31,845 nt of DNA from Alphaproteobacteria bacterium (GCA_016869895.1 VGDC01000001.1:1-31845), one strand, 5' to 3'; positions 20,366 through 28,426 are shown, numbered from the stretch's first letter. A program made the numbers and translations. Notes: a model not told the origin generated them from the sequence alone.

Positions 20366-20500
20366 CAGAGTGTCCCAAAAAGAGAATTGCAGCGCAGTAT
20401 AGTGAAAAAATGACGAAAATCAGCCAAAAAATGCACGAAAAACTAATTAAATCGATGCAGATTTTGCTGTTTTTTGCACGTTTTTTTCTGCTAGTGTGGG

Positions 20501-21706
20501 TTGCATCGACGTAAAAATGGAATCACGGTTTTGGAAAAATCCCTTCTCATTCTGCTGCAAAACGCCCAGATGCTCGCGCTCTATAAGCCGCTTCTGGCCT
20601 CGCTTTCCGACCATTCGGTGGTGGTGTATATCCCTGCCAAACGCGGGCAGAAATTGCTCTCCTTGGCGCGTAGCCAGCCCGCGCATGTTTCGTTGTGCGA
20701 TGAGCTGGAGACTATCCTGTTGAATATGCACCGTTTTGGCGTGGTGCTGACCTCGCTTGCCATCCCTTGTCGCGTGCAGATGGAGCAGGCGGGATTATTG
20801 CTGGAAGCCGCGCATAAAGCCGGTTTGAAGGTAGTCGAGGTGCAGCACGGTTTGTTCCAGTGGGGGCATTTGTTCGAGGACAAAAAACCCATCCTTTCCG
20901 ACCCCGCGCGCTGCGGCGGCGAGCGCGGTCTTGGAAAATCGGTAAATATATCCGATGCTTATCTTCCGTGGTTCGGCGAGGGCGGCATCGGTTATCCGCT
21001 GTCGGGCATCGGCGATGTACCGCTGGAGACCCGCAAGGATACGGTGCTCGTCGCCACGAATCTGCACTGGACGATTTACGGCGCGCATGAACGCCGCGCC
21101 TTCTTCGCCGCGGTGGGATACGCCGCGCGCAAACACCCGCAGACAGCCTTCATCTGGAAGGCGCATACGGGCGACCATGAACTGGTGAAGCAATGGCTGC
21201 GGAAAAAGAAATATCGTAATATCAGCCTGATTCCTGCCGACGATGCGCGGAGTTTCGAGGACATCGCTTCCGGCTGTGCGCAGGCCATTTCCATGCCATC
21301 GACGGTGCTGTTGTCTCTGGAAGTCTTGCGCAAACCCACGGCCATTTTCCGCTGTGAAGGCAACGCCGAACTGGTGGGTAAACTGGCGGAAAGTCATGCA
21401 TTCACCGATGGTCGCGCGCTGGATGCCTTCCTGAGCGAATCCCCCGCTCTGGCGGCCAGCGGCCTTCTTGAGCCTTTCGACGCGGGTGTATTCCGCGCCG
21501 CAGTGGCCAAGCATTACACCGAAACGCGCAATCCCTTCGGCAATCTGGCGGTGTGGAATGCCTATCGCCTGAGTCATGACCGCGAGGCGGGTTCACGGGT
21601 GAAAACCCTGCTCATCGGCCTTTACCGGAAGCTATCGCGCTTGCCGCTGCTGCGCGAGCTGCTCCACTGGCGACCCTTGCGGCAATGGCTGCGCGACCGC
21701 CGATAA
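20501..21706 (+). CDS. Putative polysaccharide biosynthesis / GT-B-fold transferase (start uncertain; TTG at 20501 or 20531)
   Basis: VVEVQHG, WKAH and STVLLSLEVLRKP resemble motifs of capsule-biosynthesis and glycerophosphotransferase-like proteins; directly upstream of wzm. Confidence 0.55.
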   Translation: MHRRKNGITVLEKSLLILLQNAQMLALYKPLLASLSDHSVVVYIPAKRGQKLLSLARSQPAHVSLCDELETILLNMHRFGVVLTSLAIPCRVQMEQAGLLLEAAHKAGLKVVEVQHGLFQWGHLFEDKKPILSDPARCGGERGLGKSVNISDAYLPWFGEGGIGYPLSGIGDVPLETRKDTVLVATNLHWTIYGAHERRAFFAAVGYAARKHPQTAFIWKAHTGDHELVKQWLRKKKYRNISLIPADDARSFEDIASGCAQAISMPSTVLLSLEVLRKPTAIFRCEGNAELVGKLAESHAFTDGRALDAFLSESPALAASGLLEPFDAGVFRAAVAKHYTETRNPFGNLAVWNAYRLSHDREAGSRVKTLLIGLYRKLSRLPLLRELLHWRPLRQWLRDRR

Positions 21707-21727
21707 GGCGAATCCTAGGCAAAAGGG

Positions 21728-21756
21728 TTGCCCCCGCAACCCTCGGGGGGTATAAG
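21728..21756 (+). promoter_or_regulatory. Sigma70-type promoter for wzm-wzt, overlapped by an inverted repeat
   Basis: TTGCCC-N17-TATAAG ending 29 nt before the wzm ATG; IR AGGGTTGC-CCCC-GCAACCCT at 21724-21743. Confidence 0.55.
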
Positions 21757-21784
21757 GGATTTTCCTGAAAACCACGGACATCCC

Positions 21785-22588
21785 ATGCCCGATAAGCTGC
21801 TTTTCATCACCCGATTCCTCGATACGCGCCGCTCGCACCTGTTGCAGCTGATGCTGTTCAAGGCCTATGCCGACCTGAAGACCGAATCGGCGCGCAGCAC
21901 GGCAGGCGTGCTGTGGTGGGTGCTGGAACCGGTGCTGCATATGGCGGTGTATTATCTCGTCTTCGCGGTGCTGATGCAGACGAAGACCGATCAGTTCGTG
22001 GTGTTCCTGCTCATCGGGCTGGTGGTCTGGCGGTGGTTCTTCTCGACGGTGACGCAGGGCGCGGCGTCCATCATAGCGGGCAAGAACCTGATGCAGCATG
22101 TGCATATCACGCCGTCTTTCTTCCCCTCGGTGTCGCTGATAAGCCAAGGATTCAAGTTCGTCATCACCTTCCTTATCCTGCTGGTGTTCATCTGGCTATA
22201 CGGCCTTGCGCCGAGCGTTGCTTACACTGCTCTTCCGGTCGTGCTGGCGGTGCAGTTTCTGTTCATCGTGGGCACGACCTATCTGTGCTCAGCCATCGTG
22301 CCTTTTCTGCCCGACCTGAAAATTCTGTTGGGGCATTTCCTGCGCGCGGTGATGTTCGTCAGCGGTATCTTCTTCGACGGCGACCATATCCCCGAACACC
22401 TGAAGAGCTGGTTCTTCGCCAACCCGATGGCGGCGCTCATTGAAGCGTACCGCGATATCCTCATCGACGGTGTGCTGCCCGACTGGGGGCATCTGAGCTA
22501 TGTCGCGTTGTTCGGTTTATTGCTGTTATTGGTGGGCAAGCGGCTGCTGGCAAAAGCGGAATTCCTGTACCCCAGAGTGGTGATGTGA
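21785..22588 (+). CDS. wzm: Polysaccharide ABC transporter permease (Wzm/KpsM-like)
   Basis: G.LWWVLEP, FLLIGLVVWRWF, F.SGIFF, NPMA.LIEAYR.IL; about 6 TM segments. Confidence 0.92.
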   Translation: MPDKLLFITRFLDTRRSHLLQLMLFKAYADLKTESARSTAGVLWWVLEPVLHMAVYYLVFAVLMQTKTDQFVVFLLIGLVVWRWFFSTVTQGAASIIAGKNLMQHVHITPSFFPSVSLISQGFKFVITFLILLVFIWLYGLAPSVAYTALPVVLAVQFLFIVGTTYLCSAIVPFLPDLKILLGHFLRAVMFVSGIFFDGDHIPEHLKSWFFANPMAALIEAYRDILIDGVLPDWGHLSYVALFGLLLLLVGKRLLAKAEFLYPRVVM

Positions 22589-22595
22589 GGGCAAA

Positions 22596-23336
22596 ATGAA
22601 CGCAAAAACCACCCAAAAAACCGAAAAACCCATCCTCTCCCTCAAGGGCGTGGGCGTGAACTATGGCAAATCCTTCTCCTTCCGCCGCAAGCGGCTTGAC
22701 CGCTGGGTGCTGCAGGACATCAGCTTCGACCTGATGCCCGGGGAATCGCTTGGCGTGTTGGGGCGCAACGGCATCGGCAAAAGCACGCTGCTGAAGACCA
22801 TGGCAGGTGTCATCGCACCGGATGCGGGCGAGGTGAAGCTGAAGAAAGGATGCAGCGCATCGCTGCTTGCCTTGGGCACGGGCTTCATGCCGGAATTGAC
22901 GGGGCGAGAGAACGTGTTCCTCGGTGGGATGCTCATCGGCATGAAAGCAGGGGAAATCCGCAAGCGTTTCGATGAGATTGTGGCCTTTGCGGAGCTGGAA
23001 GAGGCCATCGATATGCCCTATTACACCTATTCCAGCGGCATGAAATCGCGCCTCGGATTCGCGCTGAGCATCCAGCGCAATCCCGATATCCTGCTGCTCG
23101 ACGAAGTGCTGGGCGTGGGCGATGTGGCTTTCCGCAAGAAATCCGCCGATGCGTTGAAAGAGCGCATCCTCGGCGAACAGACGGTGGTGCTGGTGTCGCA
23201 CAACGGGCAGACCATCCGCGAACTGTGCAACCGCGCCATCTGGATAGAACAGGGTGTCATCCGCATGGCGGGCGACCCCGACCAAGTGGTGACGGAATAT
23301 GAGGCGCAGATGCTGGCACTGGAACAAAGCAAATAA
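22596..23336 (+). CDS. wzt: Polysaccharide ABC transporter ATPase (Wzt/KpsT-like, no C-terminal carbohydrate-binding domain)
   Basis: GRNGIGKST, ELTGRENV, YSSGMKSRLGF, LLLDEVLGVGD.AF, VSH. Confidence 0.94.
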   Translation: MNAKTTQKTEKPILSLKGVGVNYGKSFSFRRKRLDRWVLQDISFDLMPGESLGVLGRNGIGKSTLLKTMAGVIAPDAGEVKLKKGCSASLLALGTGFMPELTGRENVFLGGMLIGMKAGEIRKRFDEIVAFAELEEAIDMPYYTYSSGMKSRLGFALSIQRNPDILLLDEVLGVGDVAFRKKSADALKERILGEQTVVLVSHNGQTIRELCNRAIWIEQGVIRMAGDPDQVVTEYEAQMLALEQSK

Positions 23337-23375
23337 ACCGATTATGTTCGGATAAGAACAATAAAGAGAGGCCGC

Positions 23376-23735
23376 ATGAGGCAGTATAAGGTCGGAGAAG
23401 AGGACGCGCGCCCTTGGGGTGGGTGGAAGGTGCTGGATGTGCATCCGGATTATGTGGTGAAGCATATCCATGTGCTGCCGGGAAAACGCCTTTCCCTGCA
23501 GCGTCACCGCTATCGCGAGGAGGTCTGGGCCATCACCCGCGGTATCGCCCAAGTGACGCTGGACGAAGAGACGCTGACCCTGAAAGTCGGAGAGAGCATC
23601 CGCATTCCGCTGCGCGCGTGGCACCGCATCCACAACATCGGCGAGGAGATGCTGGAGTTCGTGGAGACGCAGACGGGAAGCCGATTCGATGAAGATGACA
23701 TCGAACGGAAAGAGGACGATTTCGGGCGCGCCTGA
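23376..23735 (+). CDS. Stand-alone cupin, type II phosphomannose isomerase C-terminal-like
   Basis: RPWG, SLQRH..REE.W, HRI.N.G, QTG..FDEDDIER..DDFGR. Confidence 0.85.
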   Translation: MRQYKVGEEDARPWGGWKVLDVHPDYVVKHIHVLPGKRLSLQRHRYREEVWAITRGIAQVTLDEETLTLKVGESIRIPLRAWHRIHNIGEEMLEFVETQTGSRFDEDDIERKEDDFGRA

Positions 23736-23832
23736 TTTCCTGCGCAGGAATTTGGCATGACAAGAAGGCCGTTCTGCGCTAGAAAGGCGGCTTATCAATC
23801 TGCGCATATAAACAAAAAATAAGGAAATTGTC

Positions 23833-24717
23833 GTGGTACAGGTCATCGCGGAAGTCGGCTGCAATCATAAAGGCGATATGGACATTGCCAAGGAACTCAT
23901 CAACGTCGCCGCCCATGTGTGCAAGGCTGATGTGGTGAAATTCCAGAAACGTCACAACAAGGAATTGCTGTCGCCGGAGCAGTATAACGCGCCGCATCCG
24001 AACCCTGCTAATTCCTACGGCGATACTTACGGCGCGCACCGCGAATTCCTCGAATTCTCCACCGAGCAGCACGCCGAATTGAAAGCCCATTGCGAAGCGA
24101 ACGGCATCATCTACTCCACCTCCGTGTGGGATTTGACCTCCGCCAAGGAAATCGCGTCGCTCGACCCCGTGCTCATCAAAATCCCTTCCGCCACGAACCT
24201 CCACTGGCCGCTTCAGGGCTGGCTCTGCGAGAACTATAAGGGCGAAATCCACGTCTCCACCGGCATGACCACCAAGGACGAAATCGAAGAGATCGTGAAG
24301 TTCTACGAGAAGCATGGCCGCGCGAAGGATTCGCTGGTGCTTTATGCCTGCACGTCCGGCTATCCGGTCGCTTTCGACGACCTCTGCCTGAACGAGGTCA
24401 GCCGCATCAAGGAACTGTACGGCGACCGCGTGAAAGCCATCGCTTTCTCCGGCCACCACCTCGGCATCGCTGCTGACATCGCTGCTATGACGCTGGGCGC
24501 AAGCTGGGTGGAGCGTCACTTCACGCTCGACCGCACCTGGAAAGGCACCGACCACGCCGCCAGCCTCGAGCCGGATGGACTCCGCCGTCTCTGCCGCGAC
24601 CTGCGCAATGTGGAGAAAGCGCTCACCTTCAAATCCCGCGATATTCTGGAAGTGGAAGCCGTGCAGCGCCGCAAGCTGAAATGGGGCGAATACACCGCAG
24701 AAACCAAAGCGGGCTGA
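23833..24717 (+). CDS. neuB: NeuB-family nonulosonate synthase lacking the C-terminal antifreeze-like domain
   Basis: IAEVGCNHKGD, DVVKFQKR, KIPSA, STGMTT, CTSGYP, SGHHLG, VERHFTLDR..KGTDH.ASLEP; 294 aa. Confidence 0.92.
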   Translation: MVQVIAEVGCNHKGDMDIAKELINVAAHVCKADVVKFQKRHNKELLSPEQYNAPHPNPANSYGDTYGAHREFLEFSTEQHAELKAHCEANGIIYSTSVWDLTSAKEIASLDPVLIKIPSATNLHWPLQGWLCENYKGEIHVSTGMTTKDEIEEIVKFYEKHGRAKDSLVLYACTSGYPVAFDDLCLNEVSRIKELYGDRVKAIAFSGHHLGIAADIAAMTLGASWVERHFTLDRTWKGTDHAASLEPDGLRRLCRDLRNVEKALTFKSRDILEVEAVQRRKLKWGEYTAETKAG

Positions 24718-24720
24718 TTC

Positions 24721-25860
24721 ATGCGCGTCGTCGCCGTCATCCCCGCGCGCGGAGGCTCGAAAGGCGTTCCGAACAAGAACATCCGCCCTGTCGGCGGCGT
24801 GCCGCTGGTCGGCCGCAGCATCATCGCCGCGCTGGAAAGCGAGACGGTGGGCGGCGTTTACGTCTCCACGGATGATGTCGGCATCGCGGCGGTGTCCACC
24901 GCCTTCGGCGCAAGCGTCATCCAGCGTCCGGCGGAAATATCGGGGGATACGGCCTCTTCCGAAGCCGCACTGCTCCACGCACTTGACCACATGCCCGAAC
25001 AGCCGGACGTGCTGGTGTTCCTGCAATGCACCTCGCCTTTCACCACGCCTGCGCAGATAGACGCCGTGGTGCGCAAGCTCATTGCGACGGATGCCGACTG
25101 CTGCTTCGCGGCGGCGGAGGATCATGGCTTCCTGTGGCAGGAGAACGGCGAGGATGCGGTGGGCGTGAACCACGACCACACCCAGCCGCGCAAACGCCGG
25201 CAGGAACTCACCCCGACCTACCGCGAGACGGGCAGCATCTATGCCCTGCGCGTGACGGCTTTCCGCGAGAAACAGCAACGCTTCTGCGGCAAGACGGTGC
25301 TGGCGGTGGTGGATCAGGCGCCGTTGGAAATCGATACGCCCGATGAACTGCGCTGGTGCGATGCCATCGCCTGGACGCGGAAAGAGAACGTGCCGCTGAA
25401 ACCGCGATTGGAGGCCATCAAAGCCCTCGTCTTCGATTTCGACGGGGTGATGACCGACGACCATGTGACCGTGAGCGAAACGGGCGAGGAGAGCGTGCGC
25501 TGCTCGCGCTCGGACGGGATGGGCATCACGCTGCTGAAGGAGAAGGGGCTGAAGCTGTTCATCCTCTCCAAAGAGAAGAACCCCGTGGTGCTGGCGCGCG
25601 CGAAGAAGCTGGGCATTCCCGCGCAGAATTCCACCGATAGCAAACTGCCCGCGCTGCAGGCATGGGCAGCGGAGAACGGCGTGAGCCTTTCCGAAATCGC
25701 CTATATGGGCAATGATGTGAACGATGTGGAAGTGATGGGGCAGGTAGGGCTCGCCATCGCCCCCGCCGATGCCCACCCCTCGGCCAAAGCCGTTGCCCAT
25801 TACATCACCGCGAAGGATGGCGGCAAGGGCGCCGTGCGGGAAGTATGTGATTGGTGGTGA
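24721..25860 (+). CDS. neuA: CMP-nonulosonate synthetase fused to a KdsC/YrbI-type HAD phosphatase
   Basis: IPARGGSKGVPNKN, VSTDD, LQCTSPF, ETGSIY, EIDTPD; then FDFDGVMTD, SDGMGI, YMGNDVND, GG.GAVRE. Confidence 0.92.
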   Translation: MRVVAVIPARGGSKGVPNKNIRPVGGVPLVGRSIIAALESETVGGVYVSTDDVGIAAVSTAFGASVIQRPAEISGDTASSEAALLHALDHMPEQPDVLVFLQCTSPFTTPAQIDAVVRKLIATDADCCFAAAEDHGFLWQENGEDAVGVNHDHTQPRKRRQELTPTYRETGSIYALRVTAFREKQQRFCGKTVLAVVDQAPLEIDTPDELRWCDAIAWTRKENVPLKPRLEAIKALVFDFDGVMTDDHVTVSETGEESVRCSRSDGMGITLLKEKGLKLFILSKEKNPVVLARAKKLGIPAQNSTDSKLPALQAWAAENGVSLSEIAYMGNDVNDVEVMGQVGLAIAPADAHPSAKAVAHYITAKDGGKGAVREVCDWW

Positions 25861-25927
25861 GAATTCACCCCTTCCGGGTTTGCTGTTATCGCCTCAAGAT
25901 GGATGAAACATTCATGATGAGGTCGTT

Positions 25928-26773
25928 ATGCACTCAATCCATCCATCGGATTATCAAAAAGCCTTCGTGCGTTATCTGCGCAAAGGAATTCCCCTTGATG
26001 TCGCATTAAAGGCGCCATCAAGCGAACACACTACAACTCACTACATCTGGCGCACGTCTGGTGATGATAAGGTTAGGAATGCCCACGCGGTCAACAACGG
26101 CAAACTATTTCGTTGGGATGTGCGTCCATCCACCGGACATCCGGGCGAGGATTATAATTGTCGTTGCAAAGCGGAGCCGTTCATTCCAGGTGAGAGTGAG
26201 TATGCATATCAAATACTATTGCAGCCAGAGCGTGATGTGGAAAATAAATGGACAGCAGCCAAATTCATTAGACATTACTACTTTGGTGGCGGAAGAACAC
26301 TTGAGTTACAAGAAACGGGGCATCTCCTAGCGATTATCAATTACTATTTATACTATATAAAACGTCAGGGAGCGGACAGTAGAAGCCGGGTGAATTCTGA
26401 AATAATTACTGCTGCTCGTAAGCGACAGAGTGGGGGTTTCACCCATAATTTTTATAATTCATACACCGAGTTTGGTGATTATTTTTGGCCGTTTGGTGGT
26501 GGAAAGGTAAGCGGCTTATTCACAGGAGACGTTCATCATAAAAACGGCATGCTAAGTATCCAAGGAACTATTAATTACAAGTATGCAGATATTTTCACAG
26601 ATCCGGTTAATTTGAGAGAAGATTTTTACCATGGCACATCAGACCCAGCCGAAGCATCTATATTGGCTCTAATGGTAACTGATGCGCTTGGTGTGCACTT
26701 TGATGTAGTCGGGCGGTGGGAGACGCAATTCTCAGCGGAAGTAAGATTAGATGCTGAAAATAGCATGTACTAA
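25928..26773 (+). CDS. MuF (phage head morphogenesis) domain protein with a C-terminal extension; candidate polymorphic toxin
   Basis: YIWRTSGDDKVR..H..NNGK.F.W......HPGEDYNCRC.AEP MuF signature; GAGGT RBS; sampled lines have 23/60 and 24/60 G+C. Confidence 0.82.
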   Translation: MHSIHPSDYQKAFVRYLRKGIPLDVALKAPSSEHTTTHYIWRTSGDDKVRNAHAVNNGKLFRWDVRPSTGHPGEDYNCRCKAEPFIPGESEYAYQILLQPERDVENKWTAAKFIRHYYFGGGRTLELQETGHLLAIINYYLYYIKRQGADSRSRVNSEIITAARKRQSGGFTHNFYNSYTEFGDYFWPFGGGKVSGLFTGDVHHKNGMLSIQGTINYKYADIFTDPVNLREDFYHGTSDPAEASILALMVTDALGVHFDVVGRWETQFSAEVRLDAENSMY

Positions 26774-27243
26774 GAAGCTAGTTCTAAAATCAGTGTGCTG
26801 ACCATCATGCAAATGGGGTAAATGACGAATATGAGTGTGCCGATAGCTATCAGAAAGTTCGCGAACCATCCCTTCTTGAAGTGCCCACCCATGGTTTTGA
26901 TGGTGCGTCTGTGCCGCATTTGCCAAGCAAATTCACACAATCCCGCATATCCCGCTGCGAAGACCCAGCCAATCAGCGGGTAGAAGAATAAGCCTAAGCC
27001 TTTCGGCGGCTTTCCGCATTCGGGATGTTGCTGGAGAGAGCCGTCAGCGAATTGGCTTTGGCAAATTTCATAATCGTGCCAACCTAGATGATAGTGTGAG
27101 TAAATCATCGCATTCAGCGCCGCATACCCTAAAAGAATCGCGCCGATGAGCCGCCACGTGCGGAACTTCGCACTATCTTCTGGCTTTGCGGCGAAGACCA
27201 GCACGGGAATCAGCATCACGAATAACCAGAAAAACGGGTTCAT
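26770..27243 (-). CDS. 157-aa four-TM membrane protein; candidate immunity protein
   Basis: Start MNPFFW, coupled by ATGA overlap to the upstream GT29 gene; four hydrophobic segments; Cys pair in the loop between TM2 and TM3; stop overlaps the MuF gene stop. Confidence 0.72.
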   Translation of the reverse strand: MNPFFWLFVMLIPVLVFAAKPEDSAKFRTWRLIGAILLGYAALNAMIYSHYHLGWHDYEICQSQFADGSLQQHPECGKPPKGLGLFFYPLIGWVFAAGYAGLCEFAWQMRHRRTIKTMGGHFKKGWFANFLIAIGTLIFVIYPICMMVSTLILELAS

Positions 27244-28301
27244 TCCCCTGCTTCCCCCATCAGCTTCCTGAAGTAAGCCGCTTCTTTGTGCCAATCGTGG
27301 GGGCTGCTGATGGTGAATTTCTCGAAATAGTGTGATTTCGCGCCGGCTTGCAGATGGTCGGTGAAGCTGAAACCGTAGCAATCGGGTTTCGCATCCGGCC
27401 CGATGATGTCACACACAGCACGGATGGCGAGCAGCCCTGTGCTGGGCGGTGAGCCAAGCTCTTCAAACAAGGCGTCATAGGTCTTCTGGAAGGTCAATGT
27501 GCCCGTGCCTTTGCGCTGCTGCGCTTCGATGGCCGACCAATCGGCGGGATGGGCGAAAAGGTGGGAGACGCCATAGCCAATGAAGGCGAATCTTTCATCT
27601 GGTCGCTCCTGTGTGCGGCGGTTGCGCCCACGGAACCAGACGGTGGCTTTCGTGCCGTAATCCGCTGCGAAACGCGAATCGGCGGCGAAATTGTTGAAGC
27701 GGATGACGACGGCGTGGCGGTCTATCTCCGCGCCTCTGGCCTTGCCGACTTCGCAGGGGGAATTGCCGACCAGCGCGATATTGAAGCGGTTAGCGAGGAG
27801 GTATTCGCGGAAGCGGTCGTGATCCAGCGCGAAGCGGATGCGCTGGCGGTTGGTGGGGTCGAAACAGGCATATCTGCCTTCGATGTCTTTCGCGCCGGGG
27901 AAGGTGATGGCGGCGGCATCGCGCAGGCCGAGGTCATAGAGCGCGGCTTTCAGGCGAAGGCGTTTGGCGGGCGCGCGCACGTTGCCCATGCGGGGTAGAT
28001 AGGATGCGGCGGTGGGGGCATCCAGTCGGCCAGAATCGAAGAGGTCGAGCAGGTAATCCGCCAGATAATCCCCGTTATGGGGGGCGAGTTCAGCCGCCTT
28101 CAGGAAGAGCGGCGCGGCGGCGAGGGAATGCCCGCCCGCATAACGATGCGCCTTGGCGGATGTGTGGAAATCCGCCGCAGAACGAGGCGGGAAACGGCGA
28201 TAACCCGCCCGCACAAGGCCAAGAACCACAGAAAGCGCACGGTTGCACTCTAACCGGCTCTGGATGCGCGCTATCTGATATAATCCCTGAAGCAAAATCA
28301 T
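27240..28301 (-). CDS. GT29-family (eukaryote-type) sialyltransferase-like protein (start 28301 or 28316)
   Basis: Sialylmotif L-like [28 protein letters not shown]...DYGTKAT; S-like PSTGLLAI...CYGFSF; III/VS-like HYFE...HDWHKE. Confidence 0.85.
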   Translation of the reverse strand: MILLQGLYQIARIQSRLECNRALSVVLGLVRAGYRRFPPRSAADFHTSAKAHRYAGGHSLAAAPLFLKAAELAPHNGDYLADYLLDLFDSGRLDAPTAASYLPRMGNVRAPAKRLRLKAALYDLGLRDAAAITFPGAKDIEGRYACFDPTNRQRIRFALDHDRFREYLLANRFNIALVGNSPCEVGKARGAEIDRHAVVIRFNNFAADSRFAADYGTKATVWFRGRNRRTQERPDERFAFIGYGVSHLFAHPADWSAIEAQQRKGTGTLTFQKTYDALFEELGSPPSTGLLAIRAVCDIIGPDAKPDCYGFSFTDHLQAGAKSHYFEKFTISSPHDWHKEAAYFRKLMGEAGE

Positions 28302-28426
28302 GGCTCTGGATAACACGGATTGTCAGCTTTTTCCACGGAAAATGCTTTGGATTCCTTGACGTTGCAGGAATTATGCTTATGATGCTGCCATTGCCTGCGG
28401 TGGGCGGTTATTTCAAGGTTTTTTGT

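Noticed and set aside
20380-20500. A/T-tract-rich spacer with two TGCACG copies; possible CRISPR leader, origin or sRNA
   Set aside because: No repeat-spacer array, cas genes or DnaA-box cluster; consistent with a divergent promoter region
23779-25800. 673-aa antisense ORF across neuB-neuA
   Set aside because: Mirror of two clear genes; no recognisable domain or start signals
28395-28412. GGGCGGTTA upstream of ugd as an ops/JUMPStart element
   Set aside because: Does not match GGCGGTAG and lacks the JUMPStart stem
28004-28426. 141-codon 5' extension of ugd
   Set aside because: Overlaps the GT29 gene antisense; the Rossmann motif starts at 28427
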